Assembly: GCA_035637575.1 (NCBI GenBank)
Contig: DASPWY010000189.1
Coordinates: forward strand, 1 to 38,961
Origin: Candidatus Bathyarchaeia archaeon
GTDB taxonomy: Archaea; Thermoproteota; Bathyarchaeia; 40CM-2-53-6
Direction of reading: 5' to 3'
DNA: 38,961 nt
Numbering within the stretch: position 1 is the first letter of the stretch; every line of letters begins with the position of its first letter. Shown piece after piece: positions 1-8,478 of this stretch. Under the pieces are notes generated by a model. It searched no databases, had not been told where the DNA came from, and saw nothing but the letters and a program-made list of their open reading frames with translations. Both the position numbers and the translations under genes were made by a program.

Positions 1-1277
1 GGGCCGTTCCCGCCTTGGACTGCCGCAGTAAACGTCACCGTCTGTCCAGCGTCGGGGATTGTCGGACTGGCCGTGAAGCTCGCGGCCAGAGGAAGAACGG
101 AGAGTACTCTGACACTTTGAGTAGACGTTGCGGAGCCGCCCGCAGAGTCGTGGGCAGTTAGAGTTACCGAATAATTTCCTGTAGCAGTGTATGCATGGGT
201 CGTAGTCAGTCCTGTGCCTGTCGCACCGTCTCCGAAACTCCAGGAGTAGCTGTATGGAAGTGCGCCGCCAGATACTATTGCTGTAAGATTGACGGTGGCA
301 TTGACAATGGGAGTCAACGGCAGGAGGGTGAAGCTTGCAGAAAGTGGTAGTGGGCCGATTGTTCCGAAGATGTCCGTCATCTGAAGGGCGTTGGCGCTGT
401 TAACCAGTGTCCCGAGGTTCCAGTTGGTCTCCAGCATGCGGAGAGAGTTGAACTCGTCATAGCTCGCAGTCGACGTGTAGCCTTTCTTGATCATGTTACC
501 ATACTCTACGTTTGGCGAAGGATCGTACTCGTCCCACCAAAGGTAGAGGAGAGTGCGATACTGCGAATTTGTGAAAAGGGATGAAGCGAGAAGTGAGCCC
601 GATGCGGGAGTTAGTACAGTGCCATTACCTACCAGAAATTTCTTGAGATAAGAGTCTCCCGATGATACGCTGTTGTCGTGCATGTTGTGATTATCGGTGG
701 GAGTGAACCATAGGAGGTTGGGAGGATTAGCGGAGTTAGCCGCGGTGATGAACTGGCTCGTGGTTACGGATGAGCCTGTGAAAATGTCCGGGGTATTCGC
801 ATCGCTTGCAAATCCTGTGAATGGAAAATGGTCGTTTCCTCTAGGGCAGCCGCTCTCGCAATAAGCTTGCCATGTGAGTCCTGCGCTCTGCAGTTGATCA
901 ACGAGCGTGGTGCCGGTAAGACAGCATGAATAACCATCTGAGACTCCATTATCTGATCCTGAAATCAGAGCTACATAGCAAGCAGCCGAACATCCGTTGA
1001 TGTTGTCGCCCGAGAACGCGTTTGCTCCGTAGCTGTGGTAATTGGTTATTGTGGTACCTTGGGCGGCGAGGCTGTTGATGAACGGAGCCGAAGAACTTCC
1101 TATGACACTACCGTAATTCTGGTTCTCCATTGCGATAATAACAATATGATCGAACTGGAGGCCAGGCGGCGTTGCTGCAAGGGGAAGTAGAGACGTGAGG
1201 AGTGTGACACTGAATACGGAGAGAGCAAGGAGTAGTGATACTCGCGCTATTCGTCGCGGACCACATCCTACAGCCAT
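1..1277 (-). CDS. Secreted phosphoesterase-family protein (phospholipase C / acid phosphatase-like, PF04185-type) with C-terminal PKD repeats; 3' end runs off the window
   Basis: My own translation from ATG at 1277 begins MAVGCGPRRIARVSLLLALSVFSVTLL (signal/anchor). It continues FDHIVIIAMENQNYGSVIG (phosphoesterase N-terminal motif), then WSFGDGATGTGLTTTHAYTATGNYSVTLTAHDSAGG (PKD signature), and a second PKD repeat begins. The frame stays open to position 1, so the ORF is missing from the supplied track. Confidence 0.7.
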   Translation of the reverse strand, partial: MAVGCGPRRIARVSLLLALSVFSVTLLTSLLPLAATPPGLQFDHIVIIAMENQNYGSVIGSSSAPFINSLAAQGTTITNYHSYGANAFSGDNINGCSAACYVALISGSDNGVSDGYSCCLTGTTLVDQLQSAGLTWQAYCESGCPRGNDHFPFTGFASDANTPDIFTGSSVTTSQFITAANSANPPNLLWFTPTDNHNMHDNSVSSGDSYLKKFLVGNGTVLTPASGSLLASSLFTNSQYRTLLYLWWDEYDPSPNVEYGNMIKKGYTSTASYDEFNSLRMLETNWNLGTLVNSANALQMTDIFGTIGPLPLSASFTLLPLTPIVNATVNLTAIVSGGALPYSYSWSFGDGATGTGLTTTHAYTATGNYSVTLTAHDSAGGSATSTQSVRVLSVLPLAASFTASPTIPDAGQTVTFTAAVQGGNG

Positions 1278-1965
1278 GAAACTGCTCTCCACTTTTGGTC
1301 TTCTGGTTCTCCGAACTGTTCTCCGTAGGGTTCGTCATATCGAGGGGAAGGAGCTAGGCTCAGTCTAGTTGAGCGAGTCCTCTGGCCAGCAGAGTCGACC
1401 GCGGGGACTAACCATTCGTCTTTTTCAATTCTAGTTTTTTGGCTCAAATACTTCCCTCTACCAGCAATTCTGAGGAGGAAACGGTGAGGTTCGGCTACGA
1501 CGGTAGGACTAGTTTCACGAGTTCGGATGTTTCATACCGAACTTTGGCTCGGCACTGGCGCCGTAGACACTACTGAAAAAAAGGTTGGACTTCGAAGCGC
1601 CTGCGGTCACCATTATGGGTGAACCCTCGTCGGGGTTCAAGAGAAGGGCTAGGAAAAGAGTTTCCAAGACCCGACTCGAGGCGTCATAGTGATCGCTGGG
1701 AATAGAGAGACATACCGTCTCCATCGCTCGACAGTCGCCGTAAAGGAAGGATGAGTAATTAACGGTTGGGTATGACTGAAGATACCGAAGTCTTCATGTC
1801 TGGAGCGGCCTCGGGATATCCACGTCTATCGCCCTCTGAAGTGGGTCTGTGAGAAAAAAAGGGTTCTCTCTGAGTCTTGCGCGTTACCCTTGATTATGAG
1901 ATGGCTCGATTTTGCGTCGAAAAACTTAACGTCTAGTTTGTCCGGGCTCATTTGATAGGTAGCTC

Positions 1966-3873
1966 ATGAGGGCCATCAAGCCAGCCGGGGGAAAGAGAGG
2001 TGGGAGGGCCATTGCCTTCAGGGCTCAGAGTTCAGGGAGAGTATTCTCCGGTGGGCCAGAGCCGTGGCTTGAAGAGGTTGAATTCAAAAGGCTAGCCGTT
2101 CTTATGGCGTTGGGCACCGCGGCTATTTCATCCTGGCTTGTCACCGCGGCGACTGTTCGGATCCCTGAATTGCCGCCGGATGCTTTCTTCTATGTACACC
2201 AGCTGCCATCCATTTACTGGCTCGGACTCATCTCGACGTTCGCCCTCTTCGCATTACGAAACCTTGTCAAGAGCCGCGCGAGGACTTTCTTGGAGATTTC
2301 GGCTCTTCTTCTTCTCGCAATGTACTTGTTCGCGCTTCCATCCTTCGTATACCAAGATCCGAGGTTCCTGGACACGTATCAGCATGAGGGCAACGCGCTG
2401 GCTCTCTTGGGTTCAGGAGGTTGGTTCAACGGGCCTGTCTGGTATGTATACCAGTTTCCTGGAGCCTACGTGTTCTTCGCCCAACTGACTGCCATCGCGG
2501 GGATCGATCCTTTCCTGCTGATGAAATACTACCCTGCAGGGATCTCGTTAGTGCTTGCCTTCCTGATTTATGCGACTGCGAGAAGTTACGGCCGCAACTA
2601 CGCAGCTATCTCTACAGCTTTCATTCTCAGCGGTTTCTGGTTTCAGCTTCACCTCTCTCCTCAGAGCCTGGAACTAATTCCATACTTTGGTGTTCTATTC
2701 GTGCTCCTAAAGATCATCGAGGACCCGGACCGGAGGAGACTCTGGACTCTCATCGCCATCGGAGTCACGCCGGTTCTAGTGATGAGTCATCCTGAGACTC
2801 CATTGGTTTTGGCCGTTGGAATGGTGGCCTTTTTTGTTTTGAGGCCCTTATTCATTCGTGGTAGAATAATGGCGATCAGGTCAAGCCTCTCGACCATTGG
2901 GCCTTTCTTCGTCGCTTTGTCTGTTGTGACCGCGGCTTGGTGGTCTATCATCGCTGCTGGTGCGACGGGCGCGGTAAGGGGGATTCTTAGCGGCGCGCTT
3001 TCAATCGGTATCTCGGGGCTTGCTCACGGTGCTCCGGCTGTTCCCGCGACCCCAGCGCCCAGCTATGAGTTTGCAGTTCTTTCGCAACAGTTGATTTCAG
3101 CGTCGGTCTGGCTGATCGGGCTCTTTCTCCTACTCGTAATCAGAAAATTCCGTATGAGCGAATACTTCTTAGCAGGATTATTTTTGGCAGCAATATCGAC
3201 TATCCCTATCGCTCTCTTCGCGAACGCGGACGTGCTTCAGAGAGCCTACCTGTTCGCTCTCTTCCCTGAAGGTCTGCTGTTGGCCTCACTTCTGGAGCGG
3301 AGGGATGTTATGAGACTAAGGAGTATGTCTTTGGTACCCTTAGTCGGGAAGGGACTGATCCTCATCGTGCTCGCATTTTCGATCCTCATGCCGGTAACAC
3401 GCTATGCGGGTGACTCCTTTGATCAGCTTACCCAATCCTCTCTCTCTACGTCGAACGTTGCGGCCGGCCTCACGTCCTACTCACTTCTCCTTCTCCACCC
3501 CGGCTGGTACGGGTGGAGATATGCTGTACCATTCCACGGCTTTTATGGGGCGATTCTGCTCGAGCAGAAGAATATCTCGGTCTTGCATGGGGGCTATGTC
3601 AAAATCGGGACATACGACGCGTACAACTTGACGTTCAAACCTGCAGATGGAACGGCCAATTACTTGCTGTTATCTGACTATTTTCAGAACTTGTACACTC
3701 TCAGATACGGGTCCAACTCCACCTTCTATTCGGGAGAGAAGATTGCCTTCGAGAACAATTTTGCGTGTCTAAGCGGATGCCCTCAGCCCATCTTCCTTCA
3801 GCCTATTTTGAGGTTCAACTTGGTATATTCGACGGGCACAGACCGCCTTTACGAGAACTCGAAACTAGGTTGA
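1966..3873 (+). CDS. Large polytopic integral membrane protein, possibly a GT-C-like glycan transferase/polymerase
   Basis: 635-aa ORF with a basic N-terminal tail, then many hydrophobic helices (IYWLGLISTFALFAL, LLLLAMYLFALPSFVY, ILIVLAFSILMPV and others). A soluble C-terminal part of about 130 aa carries sequons (NIS, NLT, NST). I saw no WWDYG AglB motif, so I do not call it an oligosaccharyltransferase. It sits in a glycan-gene neighbourhood. Confidence 0.5.
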   Translation: MRAIKPAGGKRGGRAIAFRAQSSGRVFSGGPEPWLEEVEFKRLAVLMALGTAAISSWLVTAATVRIPELPPDAFFYVHQLPSIYWLGLISTFALFALRNLVKSRARTFLEISALLLLAMYLFALPSFVYQDPRFLDTYQHEGNALALLGSGGWFNGPVWYVYQFPGAYVFFAQLTAIAGIDPFLLMKYYPAGISLVLAFLIYATARSYGRNYAAISTAFILSGFWFQLHLSPQSLELIPYFGVLFVLLKIIEDPDRRRLWTLIAIGVTPVLVMSHPETPLVLAVGMVAFFVLRPLFIRGRIMAIRSSLSTIGPFFVALSVVTAAWWSIIAAGATGAVRGILSGALSIGISGLAHGAPAVPATPAPSYEFAVLSQQLISASVWLIGLFLLLVIRKFRMSEYFLAGLFLAAISTIPIALFANADVLQRAYLFALFPEGLLLASLLERRDVMRLRSMSLVPLVGKGLILIVLAFSILMPVTRYAGDSFDQLTQSSLSTSNVAAGLTSYSLLLLHPGWYGWRYAVPFHGFYGAILLEQKNISVLHGGYVKIGTYDAYNLTFKPADGTANYLLLSDYFQNLYTLRYGSNSTFYSGEKIAFENNFACLSGCPQPIFLQPILRFNLVYSTGTDRLYENSKLG

Positions 3874-3897
3874 CGCTTTCCTTATCGGAGCTTCTGT

Positions 3898-4494
3898 CTA
3901 TGCGGATGTGCTAAACCAGACCTGAAGCCAGGTGCCGATCTGCGCGAATTCCCCAGGATATCCATACTCGAAAGAACCAGAAGAGAGATCGAAAGTCCAG
4001 AGTTCAAAGATCAGCCTGAAGTTGCTACCTAAAACACTGCCGATCGGTGCTGAGCTGAGTGATTGACCATTAATTTGCAAGTTTAGGAAGACTAAGTCTC
4101 CTGTCTGGTTAGTCGACTCCACCGTCCAGGTAAAGTTGATGTTAGAAGTCTCTCCATCACCGACAAACCTGTCCAATCTTCCGAGTTCCGGGAGAGGCGT
4201 TGCTGGGGAAGTGACGTTAGGTGAAAAAGTCGTCGAGTTCCCTATCCGGACAATGACCATTATGAACTGTTCTCTGCCTGTTCTATTTGCCACCGTAAGG
4301 TTCCAATTGAGGGTCTGAGGGGGAGTAATTGTCATGTTGCCTGGCACATAGCCCTGGAGTCCCTGCTGTGAATATATGCCGAATCCCATATACGACTGGA
4401 CCGGCTTGGGGCTGATAATGTAGAATGTTGCGGAAGTGAAGATCGTAGTGAGACTTAGGAAAACCACGAGGTAGGTGGCCAGTCTATGTTTCAT
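3898..4494 (-). CDS. Membrane-anchored, sequon-rich extracellular protein resembling the C-terminal half of DUF1616 proteins
   Basis: 198 aa with an N-terminal anchor (LATYLVVFLSLTTIFTSATF) and a beta-rich ectodomain. It has 7 NxS/T sequons (NMT, NLT, NRT, NST, NVT, NFT, NQT). The start lies 1 nt after the stop of the upstream gene. The DUF1616 resemblance is from memory, not from a search. Confidence 0.5.
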   Translation of the reverse strand: MKHRLATYLVVFLSLTTIFTSATFYIISPKPVQSYMGFGIYSQQGLQGYVPGNMTITPPQTLNWNLTVANRTGREQFIMVIVRIGNSTTFSPNVTSPATPLPELGRLDRFVGDGETSNINFTWTVESTNQTGDLVFLNLQINGQSLSSAPIGSVLGSNFRLIFELWTFDLSSGSFEYGYPGEFAQIGTWLQVWFSTSA

Positions 4495-4495
4495 C

Positions 4496-5002
4496 TTACC
4501 TTTCCCTGTAGTCGATCTTCGCTTTCAGTAGTCTTCTTCGGCCTACAATCCGCCAGATTCTGTTTGATTCAAGAACAGCGACCGTTGAAAAGACGGCTGC
4601 TACAATTGCGATGATGTATGCCAATATGGTTCGATACGAAGACGCATTCTGCGCCTCGTTTCCCAGAGCTTCCGCCGCTACCGCAACCTGCGTCGAGAGG
4701 TTGATTGATTGGACCGCGTACGAGTATGCGCCGCTGGCGTTTCCCTGCTCGGAGAGCATTTCTGCAGCTTCTTCATACTTCAGTGCAGTGTTTAGTTGGA
4801 TCGAGAGCGGGAGAAGATCTGTGTTGGAGGCACCCTGCTGTTCTGCCTTCTGTATGGACTGAAAGGCTTGTAGTAGGTCCTGTTTTGCGACTAATATCTG
4901 AGCTGACTGGCCCGACGCTGGGTGTGTGATTATGCTCAGAAATGTTGAACAGATTAGAAGACACGCTAGTAAGGCTGGGGAGTGTAAGCGCAACCTTCTC
5001 AT
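4496..5002 (-). CDS. Secreted helical protein with a C-terminal TM anchor (hypothetical)
   Basis: The track ORF is 4496-5092. I prefer ATG at 5002, which gives MRRLRLHSPALLACLLICSTFLSIITHPASG, a Sec-type signal peptide. An A/Q/E-rich helical ectodomain with 3 sequons follows, then a C-terminal TM (ILAYIIAIVAAVFSTVAVL) and a basic tail. Confidence 0.45.
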   Translation of the reverse strand: MRRLRLHSPALLACLLICSTFLSIITHPASGQSAQILVAKQDLLQAFQSIQKAEQQGASNTDLLPLSIQLNTALKYEEAAEMLSEQGNASGAYSYAVQSINLSTQVAVAAEALGNEAQNASSYRTILAYIIAIVAAVFSTVAVLESNRIWRIVGRRRLLKAKIDYRER

Positions 5003-5625
5003 CCCAGCTCGAGATAGATGAATGTGCTGAGATCTTGACCAATATAAGGAGGGAGACTGTCCTCGTGTGCCTTCAGAAGTATCATCCCTCATCGATCTCT
5101 GAGCTAAAGAAGAGACTGAACGAGGAGGGGATTCGATCAGCTGACGAGGATCTTTTGGAAATTGTGCGGGAGCTACAGAGCGATGGCGAGATAGGTTTGC
5201 TTGATCCGGTCATGCTCGATTCGTTCCCTCGATTCCTTCTGGACGCTAGCAATTCTTGGGCGGTCTATGCCGTTGTGTCGTTTTCCATTTTAGAGCTATT
5301 TCTGGTCGCGTATCCAACTCAGAATACGATCTTGGTGAGCTTGAGGCTTCTGTTCGGGCTTGGCTTGCTCGGATTCTTGCCCGGATATTCTACGGTTCAG
5401 ATTCTTTTCCCCACAAACGAATTGCATATCTTGGAGAAGCTTCTTCTGAGCATATTTCTAAGCTTAGTGATTTCAATAGCGATTGGAGCGGCGCTCGGTG
5501 CAGGATATTTCTTTACGGGCGTTTCCAGCGCGTCAGCTTCCACTGGCTATGTTATTGTGGCAACCATCTTTGCTTCTCATCGAAGATATTCCGCGTTAAG
5601 AGCCATTGCAGGGAGAGAGCACTGA
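4942..5625 (+). CDS. Winged-helix plus DUF1616 N-terminal-like membrane protein
   Basis: 227 aa. The N-terminus looks like a wHTH (SISELKKRLNEEG...LLEIVRELQSDGEIGLL). TM helices follow, containing GFLPGYSTVQILFP and LEKLLLSIFLSLVISIAIG, which match my recollection of the DUF1616 FxPGYxLxxxLFP signature. The start is uncertain: ATG 4942 overlaps the divergent gene, and in-frame GTG 5065 follows AGGAGG at 5047-5052. Confidence 0.5.
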   Translation: MLNRLEDTLVRLGSVSATFSSQLEIDECAEILTNIRRETVLVCLQKYHPSSISELKKRLNEEGIRSADEDLLEIVRELQSDGEIGLLDPVMLDSFPRFLLDASNSWAVYAVVSFSILELFLVAYPTQNTILVSLRLLFGLGLLGFLPGYSTVQILFPTNELHILEKLLLSIFLSLVISIAIGAALGAGYFFTGVSSASASTGYVIVATIFASHRRYSALRAIAGREH

Positions 5626-5768
5626 AAAGTCCACGACCCGATTACAGCTAAGACGGAAGACGTTTTGGATCAACTCGCAGAACATTACTGCAATCAGTAG
5701 GCTCCTTTCGTCGTAGAATGGCCCGCTCTTGTTATGGATTGACTGGGACCCTATGATCAGCGTTGGTT

Positions 5769-6941
5769 CTATGTTGCTGCGATCGTTTGGCTGGGTACCT
5801 GCACTACCGGCCGATTCTCGTCAATCTTCGTCCATACGAGCTGCTTGTTTCCTCTTGCTTCTTGGATGATGGCTGCCACCATCGTGAGATTGTTCGAAAC
5901 ATAGGTGGTGGCGGTAGTTCTTAGGCTTGGTATAGCCAAGGTGACAACGATTGCAGCTGTCACGAAGTACGCGATTATTGGGATCGTTGCCATCACGAGT
6001 CCAGTCAGGACGAGCAGTGGCAGAAAGAGCAGTGGGTTGATGGCGTAGATGAAGAACTCCATCGGGAAGATTACTCTAGAAAATACGCCTTTGCCCCACA
6101 AGAGTCTCTTGTGTTTGAGAAAGGCTTGGAGAACATGTTGACCCCGTCTTATCTTCTGCCTGAACCTAGCTCTCCACGCTGGAGGAGCTGGGTCGTAGAA
6201 AACTACGTCATCAGCGTTGATAGCCCGCAGGCCCTTCTCTACCATACATAGGGCGGCGCATGTGTCGTCTCCTCCTACATTGGTGTCAAAATGATCGAGG
6301 TCTCTCCGTCGGAACAGCTGGATCTCGCCCTCACCAATTGGGGTGCTGTCGAATTTGGATTCTGCCACTCTTAGCATTCGATAGACTGACCGGTATGAGC
6401 CTTCCACATTTCCCGCCATGGTCTCGCCTGAGGTTGGCACGTAGTGGACTCCAGAGACGGAACCCACTGTCGGGTCCGAGAGATATCGCACGGCGTTTCC
6501 GAGCGCGTTTTTGTCCCATCTGCACTCCGCGTCGCTGATGCAGACGAGTTCTCCTGTCGCCTTGCCAAGGCCTATGTTGAGCGCGGCAGATTTTCCAGTT
6601 CTCCGGTTCTCTTCAATCACTTGTCCGTTGAGATGGTTAAGATTCAAGAATTCTCTCGCGATGTCGGCTGTACCATCTGAGGAGGCGCTGTCGACGATGA
6701 TCAGTTCTAGTCTGCTTAACGGGTATGCTCCCTGAGCTATGTTCGACAGTTTCTGTTCGATTACGCTCGCTTCGTTGTATGTCGGAATTATGACGCTTAC
6801 CGCTGGTTGTGTGTTCGATTGGAGCACGAGATGGTAGTCGCGCTTTGCAGTGAGTCTTTTCATAAGGGCAAAGTATCCAATGGGGACCCCAACTTGGATT
6901 GAACCCACGACAATCCAGACAACGAGAAGAAGGTTGATCAA
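5769..6941 (-). CDS. Membrane-embedded family 2 glycosyltransferase, processive synthase-like (PgaC/IcaA/NodC-like architecture)
   Basis: 390 aa with an N-terminal TM. Motifs seen: VSVIIPTYNE, IIVDSASSDGT, ISDAEC, GGDDT and QKIRRGQH (QxxRW-like). There are 3-4 C-terminal TM helices. The TTG start overlaps the stop of the upstream CE4 gene (TTGA). Confidence 0.8.
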   Translation of the reverse strand: MINLLLVVWIVVGSIQVGVPIGYFALMKRLTAKRDYHLVLQSNTQPAVSVIIPTYNEASVIEQKLSNIAQGAYPLSRLELIIVDSASSDGTADIAREFLNLNHLNGQVIEENRRTGKSAALNIGLGKATGELVCISDAECRWDKNALGNAVRYLSDPTVGSVSGVHYVPTSGETMAGNVEGSYRSVYRMLRVAESKFDSTPIGEGEIQLFRRRDLDHFDTNVGGDDTCAALCMVEKGLRAINADDVVFYDPAPPAWRARFRQKIRRGQHVLQAFLKHKRLLWGKGVFSRVIFPMEFFIYAINPLLFLPLLVLTGLVMATIPIIAYFVTAAIVVTLAIPSLRTTATTYVSNNLTMVAAIIQEARGNKQLVWTKIDENRPVVQVPSQTIAAT

Positions 6942-8476
6942 GGGAGAGGCTCCGTTATGAATCCATCAGATCCGTACCCAGTAACCAACTCGGTTCGAAG
7001 CTCTTCTTGGCTCTCCGCGCCTGTGGAGAGTCCGGGTTGGCTGTCGCCCATTTTCCAAGAGGCTCGCGATCTTAGCTTCCACCAGCTAGACAGTTCGCCG
7101 AGCGTCATGATTTCGCACTCCGGATCCTTGGAGAATCCCTCGAGAAGTCGCCTATACTCGCCTTGATGTTCTGGCATACCAAACTCATAGTCCGGATGGA
7201 CTAGCAAGACGCATGGTCCGGCTAAACTGCGAATCCAGCTTGAGAGTCGCAAGAGGAGGTCAACCGCGGCTGAAGGCCGCTGCCCGGCTATTCTAATCAG
7301 TTGATGATCCTGTGGGAGCGATACCGGGATCTCTAGTATTCCGTTGATTTCAAACGGGAATATCGTTCCAACGCCGTGTGCCCTCAAGGATGTCGGGGAC
7401 AGTATTTCCCAAGAAGGGCAGGACGAGTCGTAGTCGAAACCCGCCCTAGTCGCGGACTCTGCTAGTTCTCGGCTGTGTTGCAGCAGAGGTGCTCTGAAAC
7501 CTCTAACCTCTCGACCGGTAAGTTGTTCTAGCCTGTTCTTGCACTCTCCTAGTCGACGGATCTTCTCGTCAATATTCAGAAATGTAAGCCGCCCGTCGTG
7601 TTTGGTGTCGTGACCTCCAATCTCTCCCGAGTTCTTCAATTTGTCTAAGGAGTGAACCGATAGAGGGTAACGGTCGCTCGGAAGGTTCCAGGACGAGCGA
7701 ATCCGGAGGTTACGCTCAACCTCTAGCAATTGAGCTGTTCCTCTCTCCAAACCAGAGGCTCCTTCAACGTCGTGTGACACGACCAGAGCGTATGATTTTC
7801 CTCGCCTCCAGAAACCGATTCGAGGAATCGGACCAGAAGATATGACTAGGCTCGCCAAGAACAAAGTTCGAAGGCATTCGACGGGGGCCAGTTTCTCGTA
7901 CACGCTCTCTCCAAGATCTTCCTTCGTTCGGAAGGATCGTTCCCTTACGAACCGAGGAATCGCTGAGTAGGAGAATGGCAGTCTAGTGGCCATCCGGAAT
8001 TTCCAGCTAGGGGTCTCTTCAAAGCCGTCGTAGACTCTCTTGGAGAACTCGCCGACAAGATTCAACGAAAGGAGATAGACTCTCTCGCCTCTTACTTTGG
8101 TGAGAACCTGTGTGTTCCCTGACTTGAGAAGTGGTTCTGCATCGGGTCCTGAGAATTCACAGACATCGGTTCTGACGGATACGTTGGTGCCGGGGCCCGC
8201 CGGAAGAGAGATCAGGGAATTCCTTACAGATATTCCCAGTCCGTAGCTTCTAGCAATCCTCCCTGCTTCCTTCATTCCATTCGGAGATATTATCAGCGGG
8301 GAATCTTTCGGGTCAGAAGCCGTAGCATTGCCCGTAGCGAAAATCGCGGCTCCCTTGGTGCTGCTGTTGAGTTCGTAAGGTATCTTCCAGAAATCTGCGT
8401 ATTCTCGCAGAATGTTGGATTCAGTGTCTGAGTCCGATTTCAAGACAACAGGTCGAGTCCGAGAGATCTGAATCAT
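6938..8476 (-). CDS. Polysaccharide deacetylase (CE4/NodB-like) with a long N-terminal domain
   Basis: The track ORF extends to 8674, but its first 66 codons overlap the upstream GT2 gene. ATG at 8476 (MIQISRTRP) lies 2 nt after that gene's stop. CE4-like motifs are present: LVVSHDVEG, GFRAPLLQ and LLVHPDYEF. Confidence 0.7.
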   Translation of the reverse strand: MIQISRTRPVVLKSDSDTESNILREYADFWKIPYELNSSTKGAAIFATGNATASDPKDSPLIISPNGMKEAGRIARSYGLGISVRNSLISLPAGPGTNVSVRTDVCEFSGPDAEPLLKSGNTQVLTKVRGERVYLLSLNLVGEFSKRVYDGFEETPSWKFRMATRLPFSYSAIPRFVRERSFRTKEDLGESVYEKLAPVECLRTLFLASLVISSGPIPRIGFWRRGKSYALVVSHDVEGASGLERGTAQLLEVERNLRIRSSWNLPSDRYPLSVHSLDKLKNSGEIGGHDTKHDGRLTFLNIDEKIRRLGECKNRLEQLTGREVRGFRAPLLQHSRELAESATRAGFDYDSSCPSWEILSPTSLRAHGVGTIFPFEINGILEIPVSLPQDHQLIRIAGQRPSAAVDLLLRLSSWIRSLAGPCVLLVHPDYEFGMPEHQGEYRRLLEGFSKDPECEIMTLGELSSWWKLRSRASWKMGDSQPGLSTGAESQEELRTELVTGYGSDGFITEPLP

Positions 8477-8478
8477 GG

